Source: an uncultured Bdellovibrionales bacterium (GTDB lineage: Bacteria > Patescibacteriota > Minisyncoccia > Moranbacterales > UBA1568). From it: a DNA stretch of 64,000 bases. This document shows positions 29,340 to 38,877 of this stretch, in pieces. Within the stretch, counting starts at the first letter, position 1. Every line of letters starts with the position of its first letter. The translations under genes and the position numbers were made by a program. The notes under the pieces were generated by a model that was not told the origin of the DNA, did not search any database, and was given only the letters and a program-made list of their open reading frames with translations. The DNA is taken from the NCBI GenBank assembly GCA_964398485.1, contig CAYNMD010000003.1, positions 1,334-65,333 on the forward strand, read 5' to 3'.

Positions 29340-30551
29340 ATGTGGCATAATGGGGCTATGTCACATCAATATCAAAAGCAATATCAGGAACTGTTTAATC
29401 GAAATAAAGTAAGATTCCTTTCAGGCCTCTCCTTTGGTATTGGTTTTCTTGATGCCCTTCTTCTCTATATTCTATCTTCGTATTTTATTCAGGTGGCTGG
29501 CGAAGAAAATATCGGCTGGTTTTACTTTTTTGCTTTTGCTCTGGTGCTCTGGTGGCTTATTCGACTACAGCCCTTGGTCCGTCGTTTTGGATCAGCGCGG
29601 CTTCTCCTTTTTCTTTTAACTAATCTCATTGCCTTGAGTGTTATTCTCAGTCTCGATGGGCCTTCTTGGTTTGGAGCTGGACTCCTTCTGTTTTTCATAG
29701 TGTGCAGCAATCTTGTTTGGTCAGTGATGGACGTGTTGGTTGAAGACTTTTCTGCCGACCATGTTTCTGGGAGGGTGCGGGGATTTTATCTTACCGTATT
29801 AAACCTTGGTCTCTTGATGGCGCCTTGGCTTTCGACAAAAGTTCTGAGTCAATTTGGATACTCTGGTGTTTTCTCTCTCCTTACTTTTGGCTATACTCTC
29901 GTGTTTCTTGCTGCTCTCCTTGGTCTGAGATCGCACAAAACAAAACCACTTGTTCGTATTTCTTTTTCTACAACTCTAATTAAGGCCTGGAAAAACCGAA
30001 ATATTCGCATTATTTATCTCTTGTCGTGGATGCTCGAGTTTTTTTATGCCATTATGATTGTTTACGCACCAATCCTCCTTATAGAGCAACAGCTTGATTG
30101 GCAAGATATTGGAGTAGTGTTTACTATTATGCTCCTGCCTTTCGTATTGATACAGTATCCACTTGGGATTTTGGCAGACAAAAAATATGGTGAACGCGAG
30201 CTTCTTTTTCTCTCCCTTGTCATTATGGGGATAGCCACCTTGTTTTTTGCTATGAGCCATCACCTTTCTCTAGTTGAGTGGGGAGCCATTCTGTTTCTTA
30301 CTCGTGTAGGTGCCGCGGCTCTTGAGGTCCTTCGAGACTCATTTTTTTACAAGCAAATTGGCCCTCAAGATACAGATATGGTGGCATTTTTCCGTACGGC
30401 AAGACCAGTGGCGAATATTGTTGGGGCTGGTATGGCGGTGCTTTTTCTCGCTTATTGGGATACTGCCGCCCTCTTTCTTCTGGTAGGGGGGCTTTCCCTT
30501 CTTTTTGCTGGCAGCAGCCTTTTTCTCAAAGATACTCAGCCTACAGCTTAG
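29340..30551 (+). CDS. MFS transporter
   Basis: 12 TM helices in 6+6 arrangement. Confidence 0.6.
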   Translation: MWHNGAMSHQYQKQYQELFNRNKVRFLSGLSFGIGFLDALLLYILSSYFIQVAGEENIGWFYFFAFALVLWWLIRLQPLVRRFGSARLLLFLLTNLIALSVILSLDGPSWFGAGLLLFFIVCSNLVWSVMDVLVEDFSADHVSGRVRGFYLTVLNLGLLMAPWLSTKVLSQFGYSGVFSLLTFGYTLVFLAALLGLRSHKTKPLVRISFSTTLIKAWKNRNIRIIYLLSWMLEFFYAIMIVYAPILLIEQQLDWQDIGVVFTIMLLPFVLIQYPLGILADKKYGERELLFLSLVIMGIATLFFAMSHHLSLVEWGAILFLTRVGAAALEVLRDSFFYKQIGPQDTDMVAFFRTARPVANIVGAGMAVLFLAYWDTAALFLLVGGLSLLFAGSSLFLKDTQPTA

Positions 30552-30617
30552 CCTTTATTTTGGCTGTTTTGCGAGGGATGGTATGATAAAAAAGGGGAAA
30601 TTCTCCCATTTTACTCT

Positions 30618-31334
30618 ATGGTTTACGCCGTTCGGTTAGAGCAGTTTGAAGGACCGCTCGAAATTTTGTTGTCACTTATTGAAAAAGAGAAACTGGATAT
30701 TACCCGGGTCTCTTTGGCACAGGTGGCTGATCAATACCTAGAGTATCTCGAACGAGAACAAGATTTGCCCCTGGAGTCGCTTTCACGCTTCCTTTCCATT
30801 GCAGCAAGATTGATTTTGCTCAAATCACGGGCATTGCTGCCACTGCTTGTCTTTACTGATGATGAAGAAGAATCCATAGTGGATCTTGAGTGGCAGTTGC
30901 GAGAGTATAAACGTTATCGTGAGGCTGGGCTACACTTGGGTCAGCTCCTCACAAGGAAACGTTATTCCTATGTTCGAGATCGATCAGTTCAGATGGAGAC
31001 AGGTATGTTTTTCCCGCCAGCACACCTAGGGGTAATAGATTTGCGCCAGGCTTTTGAGGCGGTTCTTGGAGAAATACCAATATTTGAAAAGCTTGAAGAG
31101 GTTGAATTACAGCAAATTGTCCGACTAGAAGAGAAGATGGCTTTTTTTCGGGAAACGCTAACAGAAAGAATGGAGACTTCTTTTCGTGCAATGACTCAAA
31201 AAGTGGAGAGTCGCGTAGAGCTTATTGTTTCATTTCTTGCCTTGTTGCAATTAATAAAAGAGAAGTTTATTGTTGTTGAACAACGAGAACGTTTTGGTGA
31301 TATTGCTATTCGTCATCGTTCCGAAGTTGTCTGA
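30618..31334 (+). CDS. scpA: segregation and condensation protein A
   Basis: FEGPLEILLSLIEKEKLDITRVSLAQVADQYL ScpA N-terminus. Confidence 0.8.
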   Translation: MVYAVRLEQFEGPLEILLSLIEKEKLDITRVSLAQVADQYLEYLEREQDLPLESLSRFLSIAARLILLKSRALLPLLVFTDDEEESIVDLEWQLREYKRYREAGLHLGQLLTRKRYSYVRDRSVQMETGMFFPPAHLGVIDLRQAFEAVLGEIPIFEKLEEVELQQIVRLEEKMAFFRETLTERMETSFRAMTQKVESRVELIVSFLALLQLIKEKFIVVEQRERFGDIAIRHRSEVV

Positions 31335-31343
31335 TTTATCATT

Positions 31344-31931
31344 ATGTCCATCTCCTCTCAGCAAGTAGCACAGCTTGAAGCGCTCCTCTATGTGAGCGGT
31401 GAAGCCTTAGAAAAAAAGAAGATTGAAGAACTTCTTGATGTGAGCGCAGAGGAGCTTGCTTCCGTTATAGCAGTGCTTCATGAGCGGTATCAGGACAGCC
31501 ATTCTGGTCTTATGCTTATTGAACATGGTAGTGTCCTTGAAATTGCTACCAAGCCAGATCATGCTACTGTAATTGAGAAATTTACTAAAAGTTTTTTGCA
31601 GGAAAATCTCTCTAAGGCAGCCCTTGAAGTATTGGCTATTATTGCCTACCGAGGGCCGATTACTCGGGCTGCTATTGAATCAATTCGAGGGGTGAATTGC
31701 AGTTTTACTTTACGTAATCTTTTGATTCGGGGACTGATCACTCGGGAAGAGAATCCAGAAGATAACCGAGAGTATGTCTATACAGCTTCACTGTCTTTAC
31801 TTGAAAAACTTGGTATTGCCTCCCAAAATGAGCTACCTGATTTTTCAACACTTTCTCAGGACGTGAGATTGCAAGAGTCGAAGTCGGTGGAGGATACAGC
31901 AAGTCAAAATACTACTCAAACTGTTTCATGA
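31344..31931 (+). CDS. scpB: segregation and condensation protein B
   Basis: LEALLYVSGEAL...winged-helix repeats typical of ScpB; immediately follows scpA. Confidence 0.8.
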   Translation: MSISSQQVAQLEALLYVSGEALEKKKIEELLDVSAEELASVIAVLHERYQDSHSGLMLIEHGSVLEIATKPDHATVIEKFTKSFLQENLSKAALEVLAIIAYRGPITRAAIESIRGVNCSFTLRNLLIRGLITREENPEDNREYVYTASLSLLEKLGIASQNELPDFSTLSQDVRLQESKSVEDTASQNTTQTVS

Positions 31932-32965
31932 TGATACGATTTCTTTTTTTGTTACTCATGATAGGTGTTACTTGGGGGGCGTGGATTTTAAAGGAACGTC
32001 CGCAGTTTCTTTTGGATATTGCTCTTGGTGAATGGGGAATACTCAGTAAATGGGTTGCTCCTCCTGCACCGTCCGCAGTACCAGAAGCTCCTTTTGCGTC
32101 TATTCCTTTTATTGCTGAGAATCGGGGAGCCTCGGCAGTTTTTCAGCCACATCTGCGAGATTTTGCACCCCGTCTTTCGGTGCCAACAGCTCATGCCGCT
32201 ATTCTGCTTGATGCCGAGACAGGAAAGGAACTCTATGCTCGAAATGCTCACGACCGACGTCAGGTAGCCTCTCTTACCAAACTTTTTACCGCGCTCATTG
32301 TAGCAGAACAAATTAAAGATTTGGAGACACTTGTGACTATTGATGAAGAAGCAGTTTATGCTGATGGTACGCGAGTGGGTTGTCCCCGATCTGGCTTTTG
32401 TAATGGAGTAAGACTTCAAGTGGGTGAACAGATAACAGTTCGTAACCTTCTTAAGGCGGCTCTTATGAATAGTGCGAATGACGCCGCCACAGCGCTAGGA
32501 AAACATCTCGGAGGATCAGTATCGGGTTTTGCTGTCATAATGAACAAGCGAGCAGTTGAACTTGGTCTTACTGATTCTCATTTTTGCACCCCGTCAGGAT
32601 TGGAGATAGATGGCCAAGAGTCTGAATGTTATTCTAGTGCTACTGATATGGCTAAAGTGGCTGCTGCTAGTTTGAAACACCCTATTTTGTGGGATATTAT
32701 GCAGTTGAAAGAGACCATTATTACCTCCCATGATGGTTCCCGAGAGCATGAGCTTTTTAACACTAATCAACTTTTAGGTTCGATGCCCAACCTCCTTGGG
32801 ACAAAAACTGGATTTACCCCTATGGCTGGGTATTCACTGCTAGCGGTTGCTAATCATCCTGATGGAAATCATCCAGTAGTTGCGGTAGTGCTCAATGATC
32901 CATATCGTTGGGAGAGTATCCAATCTATGTTTTCTTGGAGTTTTCAGGCTTATGATTGGATATGA
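31928..32965 (+). CDS. D-alanyl-D-alanine carboxypeptidase (S11 peptidase, PBP5-like)
   Basis: SxxK (ASLTKLFT), SxN (NSANDAA), KTG (GTKTGFT) motifs; N-terminal TM. Confidence 0.75.
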   Translation: MMIRFLFLLLMIGVTWGAWILKERPQFLLDIALGEWGILSKWVAPPAPSAVPEAPFASIPFIAENRGASAVFQPHLRDFAPRLSVPTAHAAILLDAETGKELYARNAHDRRQVASLTKLFTALIVAEQIKDLETLVTIDEEAVYADGTRVGCPRSGFCNGVRLQVGEQITVRNLLKAALMNSANDAATALGKHLGGSVSGFAVIMNKRAVELGLTDSHFCTPSGLEIDGQESECYSSATDMAKVAAASLKHPILWDIMQLKETIITSHDGSREHELFNTNQLLGSMPNLLGTKTGFTPMAGYSLLAVANHPDGNHPVVAVVLNDPYRWESIQSMFSWSFQAYDWI

Positions 32966-32974
32966 TGATGTCTC

Positions 32975-34123
32975 TTGTTTGCTACTTTAGTTTTAGTGTA
33001 TAGAAATACTTCTATGGATTCTCTTGCTCTAGCTCAGTTTCAGAATTTACCAGTCGTGATGAATGTCGTTAAGGTGCTCATGACAGGGCTTCTTTCATTT
33101 ATTCTTGCTTTTCTTCTGACCCCTCTCTGGACCCATATCTTGTATAAGTACAAAATTGGTATTCGAATTAAAGAGAATGGGGTGAGTGGTGACAAACTTA
33201 CTTTTGTTTCAAAGCTTCACGCCTGGAAGGCTGGTACTCCAACAATGGGAGGCCTTATTGTGTGGGCTACGGTTCTTATTTTAGCTCTGGCATCAGAGTG
33301 GATATTCCCTTGGGTGGCTCAACTTTTGGATATAAATTTCATTGCTAGACTTGATTTCCTGAAGCGTTCACAGACTTGGCTACCGCTTTTCACCTTAGTT
33401 ATGGCTGGTCTTCTGGGACTTTTGGATGATTACATGAGTGTGCGAGGTAAGGGGACAAATAAAGGCGGGGGAATGCGGTTCCTATTTCGATTTTGGTGGT
33501 TGTTTGCCATTGCTGGATTAGGCGCCTGGTGGTTTTATTCCAAGCTTGGCTGGGATACTCTGCATCTCCCTGCAATTGGTGACTTTACTATTGGTTGGTG
33601 GTATATCCCACTCTTCTTATTTGTGATTCTTTTTACGGCTATTTCTTCCAATGAAACTGACGGTCTGGATGGTCTCAATGGCGGAGTACTGCTTATGGCC
33701 TTTAGTTCTTTTGCTCTTCTTGCTTTTATGCATAACAAGGTTGATTTGGCGAGTTTCTGTGCGGCGGTAGCCGGAGCACTTATGGCTTTCCTTTGGTTTA
33801 ATGTGTATCCAGCTCGTTTCTTTATGGGTGATACGGGCGCTATTTCACTTGGAACTACTCTTGGGGTAGTGGCAATGCTGACAAATTCTGCTCTCGTTCT
33901 TTTTATTATCGTCTTTGTGTATCTTCTGGAGTCAGGTAGTGTTGCTCTACAGCTTTTTTCGAAGCGTTTTTTGGGAAGAAAGATATTCTTGGCGGCGCCA
34001 CTCCATCATCACTTTGAAGCTAGGGGTTGGCCAGAACCAAAAGTGGTTATGCGGGCTTGGATTTTTACCGCACTGACAGCTTTACTTGGAGTTATTGTGG
34101 GGATTGTTGGTATGGGACAATGA
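32975..34123 (+). CDS. mraY: phospho-N-acetylmuramoyl-pentapeptide transferase
   Basis: NVYPARFFMGDTGAISLG and HHHFE motifs; TTG at 32975, alternative ATG at 33014. Confidence 0.85.
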   Translation: MFATLVLVYRNTSMDSLALAQFQNLPVVMNVVKVLMTGLLSFILAFLLTPLWTHILYKYKIGIRIKENGVSGDKLTFVSKLHAWKAGTPTMGGLIVWATVLILALASEWIFPWVAQLLDINFIARLDFLKRSQTWLPLFTLVMAGLLGLLDDYMSVRGKGTNKGGGMRFLFRFWWLFAIAGLGAWWFYSKLGWDTLHLPAIGDFTIGWWYIPLFLFVILFTAISSNETDGLDGLNGGVLLMAFSSFALLAFMHNKVDLASFCAAVAGALMAFLWFNVYPARFFMGDTGAISLGTTLGVVAMLTNSALVLFIIVFVYLLESGSVALQLFSKRFLGRKIFLAAPLHHHFEARGWPEPKVVMRAWIFTALTALLGVIVGIVGMGQ

Positions 34124-34144
34124 AATAAATAACAATTGTATATT

Positions 34145-35200
34145 ATGGCGTTGCGCGAGTTAGCTACCCTAGATGTTTCAGGGAAAAAAGTATTAGTGAG
34201 AGTTGATTTCAACGTTGAATTGAAGGATGTTGCTCATGTTCAGGAGGGCTACAAACTTGAGGTGGCGAAAAAAACAATTGATACCCTGTTCAAACTTGGA
34301 GCGAAACAAGTAGCTCTCCTTACTCATTTTGGAAGACCAAAGGGTGATCGTGACCCTGCTCATTCAACGCAACAGATTGTTTCAGAGGTCGCTCGTGTCC
34401 TGGATCGCGAGGTTGTTTTTGTTCCCGATTGTATTGGTGATGAGGTCTCAAAAGCACTCGTTGTGGTACCAAGTAATGCAGTGCTCCTTTTAGAAAATGT
34501 ACGTTTTTATTCTGAAGAAGAGGCTAATGATGAATTATTTGCTCAAGCATTGGCTAAACCATTTGATGTTTATGTCAATGAGGCTTTTGGGGTATGCCAT
34601 CGAGCCCATGCCTCAGTAGTGCGTCTCCCAGGACTTCTTCCGAGCGCAGCAGGCCTTCATCTTATGGAGGAGCTGACTCGATTGGATGCTATTAAAGAAT
34701 CTCCTGCTCGACCAGCAGTGGCTATTATTGGAGGGGCAAAGATTGAGACAAAGCTTCCTTTGATCCAGGCTTTTGCAGAAAGTTATGATTGTGTTTTAGT
34801 AGGTGGAAAAATTGCTAATGAAGCCTTGGATCAGAACCTTTCGTTTAATGATAAGGTTCTTTTGCCAAAAGATTTTGACTCACCAAATCGTTTTGATATA
34901 GGACCGACGACAGCGGCTTATTACGCTCAGATAATTAAAAAGGCCAAAACTATTGTTTGGAATGGTCCAATGGGAAAGTTTGAGGAAAAACCTTATGATA
35001 TTGGTACGAAGCTTGTTTTGGAGGCTATTCTTGAAAGTGAGGCAAATGTAGTGATTGGTGGAGGTGAGTCATTAGCGATTCTTGAAGAGGTTGGTGTGTT
35101 CCATAAAATTGGCTTTGTTTCGAGTGGTGGTGGGGCTATGCTGGAGTATCTTTCAGGGCATGCTTTACCAGGGTTGGAAGCGCTCCGCATGACACAATAA
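34145..35200 (+). CDS. pgk: phosphoglycerate kinase
   Basis: KKVLVRVDFNV, LLENVRF, GGGA motifs; ATG at 34145 (TTG at 34136 possible). Confidence 0.9.
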   Translation: MALRELATLDVSGKKVLVRVDFNVELKDVAHVQEGYKLEVAKKTIDTLFKLGAKQVALLTHFGRPKGDRDPAHSTQQIVSEVARVLDREVVFVPDCIGDEVSKALVVVPSNAVLLLENVRFYSEEEANDELFAQALAKPFDVYVNEAFGVCHRAHASVVRLPGLLPSAAGLHLMEELTRLDAIKESPARPAVAIIGGAKIETKLPLIQAFAESYDCVLVGGKIANEALDQNLSFNDKVLLPKDFDSPNRFDIGPTTAAYYAQIIKKAKTIVWNGPMGKFEEKPYDIGTKLVLEAILESEANVVIGGGESLAILEEVGVFHKIGFVSSGGGAMLEYLSGHALPGLEALRMTQ

Positions 35201-35224
35201 TTTTATCCTTTTTACGTTTGATGT

Positions 35225-36511
35225 ATGTCAAAGATTCAGATGGTGCAAGCTCGTGAAATTCTTGACTCTCGTGGAAACCCAACCGTGGAAGCTTTCGTCT
35301 CTCTTGAAGATGGCACAAAAGCGAGTGCTTCGGTACCATCTGGGGCTTCAACTGGCACCCATGAGGCTTGGGAACTTCGAGATGGAGATTTGGGCCGTTA
35401 CCGTGGTCAAGGGGTGTTACGGGCGGTGAACTATATTAATACAGAGATAGCTGAGCGCGTAAAAGGAATGGAGGCCGCGGAACAATTTTTGATTGATACT
35501 GCCATGAAAGAACTTGATGGCACTGAAAATAAATCTCGTTTAGGAGCGAATGCTATTCTAGGGGTTTCCCTAGCGGTGTGCCGGGCTGCAGCTCACAGCG
35601 CTAAAATTCCTCTCTACCAACATATTGCTATGCTTACAGAGAGAGAGCTAAAGAGCTTATCTTTACCGATGCCCATGTTTAATATTGTGAACGGTGGGAA
35701 GCATAGTAATTCTGGATTATCTGTCCAAGAATTTAAAGTGGTTCCAATGGGGGTTGTTGGGTATCGTGAGCAACTTCGAGCAGGTAGCGAGATTTTTCAT
35801 GCGTTGGCTGACATTCTTGATGAGGCGGGATTTCAGACGAGCGTTGGTGATGAGGGTGGTTTTGCTCCACGACTAGAAAGTCATGAGCGTCAACTGGAGA
35901 TGATTAGTCAAGCTATTGAAAAAGCAGGCTATACACGTGGGAAGGAGATATTTCTCGATCTCGATGTTGCTGCTCAATCATTTTACGACAAAGAAAAGGA
36001 GAGTTATGTTCTTCTGCCAGAAGGGGTGGTTTTGTCTCGAGATAATCTTATCAATCTCTACCGTGAATGGATCGACCGTTTTGATATTATCTCACTTGAA
36101 GATGGTCTTCATGAGGAGGACTGGTCCGGTTGGGCGGTTATGAAAGAAAAACTTTTAGCTCAGCCAACCAAACTGGGTAGCGAAGTGATGCTGGTAGGTG
36201 ATGATCTTTTAGTGACTAATTCTCAGCGGCTCGCACGGGCTATTGAAGCGGATGCTTGCAATGCGGTTCTTATCAAAGTTAACCAAATTGGTACTGTTAC
36301 AGAGACTCTCGAATGCATGAAGTTGGCTGAAGAGCATGGGTTTCGTCGAGTTATTTCTCATCGGTCAGGAGAAACAACCGATGATTTTATAGCCGACCTT
36401 GCTGTTGGTGCTGGTGCTGAATATATTAAAACAGGATCCCTTGCCCGCGGAGAACGTCTTGTAAAATATAATCGATTGCTTGTTATTGATGAGGAACTTA
36501 AATCCTTGTAG
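35225..36511 (+). CDS. eno: enolase
   Basis: AREILDSRGNPTVEA N-terminus, SHRSGETED-type motif (SHRSGETTDDF). Confidence 0.95.
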   Translation: MSKIQMVQAREILDSRGNPTVEAFVSLEDGTKASASVPSGASTGTHEAWELRDGDLGRYRGQGVLRAVNYINTEIAERVKGMEAAEQFLIDTAMKELDGTENKSRLGANAILGVSLAVCRAAAHSAKIPLYQHIAMLTERELKSLSLPMPMFNIVNGGKHSNSGLSVQEFKVVPMGVVGYREQLRAGSEIFHALADILDEAGFQTSVGDEGGFAPRLESHERQLEMISQAIEKAGYTRGKEIFLDLDVAAQSFYDKEKESYVLLPEGVVLSRDNLINLYREWIDRFDIISLEDGLHEEDWSGWAVMKEKLLAQPTKLGSEVMLVGDDLLVTNSQRLARAIEADACNAVLIKVNQIGTVTETLECMKLAEEHGFRRVISHRSGETTDDFIADLAVGAGAEYIKTGSLARGERLVKYNRLLVIDEELKSL

Positions 36512-36552
36512 GATACAAAGAGGGTTTTAAAAGTCAAAACAAACATTGATGT

Positions 36553-37563
36553 ATGCGAAGAGTGACTTGTGTTGGCTCGGCTTCGAAAGATATTTTTTTT
36601 CCTACTGCCGAAGGAGTGATTTTTAACACCCCAGAAGATCTTACTTCACAAGTCAAAGTGGCTTTTGAGTTGGGTGGAAAGTTTCGAGTAGATGATCGAT
36701 ATGAGGGAGTTGGCGGCGTAGCTGCCAACGTAGCGGTTGGCCTTGCCCGGTTGGGTATTGAATCACACTGTTATAGCCACCTCGGAGCAGATGATATCGG
36801 AAGGGGGATAAAAAAACTCCTTGAACAAGAGGGGGTAGGGACGGATCTCCTTGAGCTCGATCAGCATGTTCAATCAGATCTCTCAGCTATTGTGGTTATT
36901 ACCCAGACGGGTGATAGGATTATATTTCACAATCGTGATGCTAATGAGAAACTTCAGATTGAACCTGAAAAATTGACTCATACTGACTGGCTCTATATTA
37001 GTTCGCTCAATGGTGATTGGCGAAAAAATTTGGCCAAACTTAGGAAAGTTGCTCAGGAGCGTGGTTTGCGAATGGCGTGTAACCCCGGTCAACATAATAT
37101 CAAGGATGATCCTGCATTAATTTGGGATTGGCTTAGCGAGGTACATGCTTTGTTTTTAAATAAAGATGAGGCTATTGAAATTTTGCTTGCTAATCAAGTC
37201 GAAACGCAATCAGAAAAACTTCAGGATGAGCGGCATTTGCTCGAACTGTTGCGCCAACAAGGACCAGAAGTAGTCGTAATCACCGACGGTAAACGGGGAG
37301 CTTGGGCTGCTGATTACAAGTCAATTTGGCACGCAGAGAGCTTTGAGCCGAATGGGCTTGTTGACACCACTGGTGGTGGAGATGCCTTTGGGTCAGGCTT
37401 TTTTGCTGCATATCTCAAGGGATTTCCTTTGGAAACGTGTATTCAGTACGGGATATGCAACGCTGGTAATGTGGTGGGGTATTATGGCGCAACCCCTGGA
37501 TTATTGGATGAGCAACGGATGCTCCAGTTTATTGATAAAGTTAAACGAACGAAACTCATTTAG
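36553..37563 (+). CDS. PfkB-family carbohydrate kinase (ribokinase-like)
   Basis: C-terminal DTTGGGDAFGSGFFAAYL PfkB signature 2. Confidence 0.7.
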   Translation: MRRVTCVGSASKDIFFPTAEGVIFNTPEDLTSQVKVAFELGGKFRVDDRYEGVGGVAANVAVGLARLGIESHCYSHLGADDIGRGIKKLLEQEGVGTDLLELDQHVQSDLSAIVVITQTGDRIIFHNRDANEKLQIEPEKLTHTDWLYISSLNGDWRKNLAKLRKVAQERGLRMACNPGQHNIKDDPALIWDWLSEVHALFLNKDEAIEILLANQVETQSEKLQDERHLLELLRQQGPEVVVITDGKRGAWAADYKSIWHAESFEPNGLVDTTGGGDAFGSGFFAAYLKGFPLETCIQYGICNAGNVVGYYGATPGLLDEQRMLQFIDKVKRTKLI

Positions 37564-37591
37564 TGGTATACTGAAAGTACGTACAAAAAGT

Positions 37592-38860
37592 ATGGGTTTT
37601 TTCTCTCGTTTTGGATGGGGTCAGCGTGAAAATCTTTTTCTCGCACTCGATATTGGTACCGAGGTGGTCAAAGCCCTCGTTTTTCGGGTTGATTCTGAAA
37701 CTCGTACAGGTCAGGTTATCGGTGTTGGAAGAGCCCCACAACGTGTAGGCAATATGCAAAGTGGTGCCGTCTCGGATATTAATGGTGTTATTCTCTCATC
37801 GCGAGAAGCTATAGAGCTTGCCAAAGAGCATGCTCAGGTGAAACATGTTGAAAAAAGTATCATTGGTGTTGCTGGAGAACTTGTGAAAGGAACTACTACA
37901 ACTGTGCATTATGAGCGAGTAAATCCCGAAGTTAAGATCGGTATTCCCGAATTAAAAATGATCATCGGTAAGGTGCAAGAAAAAGCCTATGAGCGTATCA
38001 AAAAACAACTTGCCTGGGAAACTGATCAACAAGATATAGAGGTGAAGCTCATTAATGCGGCGTTGGTGGATGTACGGATTGATGGTTATCACGTAGTGAA
38101 CCCATTTAACTTTCAAGGGAAAGATGTATCGATGAGTGTTTTTAATGCTTATGCACCGATGGTTCATCTTGGAGCACTACAGACAATAGCTGATGAACTT
38201 GATCTCGACCTGCTTTCTATTGTAGCGGAGCCATTTGCGGTGGCGCGATCGGTAGAGGTGGAAGACATGCTTGATTTCAGTGCTATCTTTATCGATATTG
38301 GCGGCGGAACAACTGATATTGCTGTAGTGCGGAACGGGGGATTGGAGGGAACGAAAATGTTTGCTCTTGGAGGAAGAGCTTTTACAAAACGCATTGCTCA
38401 GGAATTTTCAATCAAGTATGAACAAGCGGAGCAGATGAAGCTTGACTATTCATCACGTCGTCTCAAGCCAGAGGATACTGATCGGATCAAGGCTCTTTTT
38501 ACCGATGACTGTCGCGTGTGGCTCGGTGGGGTAGAACTTTCCCTGGTTGAATTTGCAGAAACAGATCTCTTGCCATCAAAAATCTATCTCTGTGGTGGTG
38601 GGTCGGCCCTTCCTGAAATCAAACAAGCTCTCCTTTCCCAAGATTGGTTTAAACACCTCCCTTTTGCCCGACCACCGGAAGTTTCTTTTCTTCAGCCAAA
38701 AGATATTCGTCGGGTAGAAGACCTTACCGGTCAACTAGTTACCCCGCAGGATGTTACTCCGCTTGGATTAGCTCACCTAGCTCTTATTGAGGCGCTCGAA
38801 GAAGAGAAAATGCTGGCGGGGATTCTTCAGGATAGTATGCACTCGCTTGAACGAAGATAG
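37592..38860 (+). CDS. ftsA: cell division protein FtsA
   Basis: LALDIGTEVVKALVF actin-fold start, IDIGGGTTDIAVV phosphate-2 motif; ATG at 37592 chosen (longer ORF overlaps PfkB gene). Confidence 0.8.
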   Translation: MGFFSRFGWGQRENLFLALDIGTEVVKALVFRVDSETRTGQVIGVGRAPQRVGNMQSGAVSDINGVILSSREAIELAKEHAQVKHVEKSIIGVAGELVKGTTTTVHYERVNPEVKIGIPELKMIIGKVQEKAYERIKKQLAWETDQQDIEVKLINAALVDVRIDGYHVVNPFNFQGKDVSMSVFNAYAPMVHLGALQTIADELDLDLLSIVAEPFAVARSVEVEDMLDFSAIFIDIGGGTTDIAVVRNGGLEGTKMFALGGRAFTKRIAQEFSIKYEQAEQMKLDYSSRRLKPEDTDRIKALFTDDCRVWLGGVELSLVEFAETDLLPSKIYLCGGGSALPEIKQALLSQDWFKHLPFARPPEVSFLQPKDIRRVEDLTGQLVTPQDVTPLGLAHLALIEALEEEKMLAGILQDSMHSLERR

Positions 38861-38877
38861 TCCGATATCATAAACAT

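Noticed and set aside
37343-37591. Long N-terminal extension of the ftsA ORF
   Set aside because: Overlaps the PfkB kinase gene in another frame; conserved FtsA sequence begins at MGFFSRF (37592).
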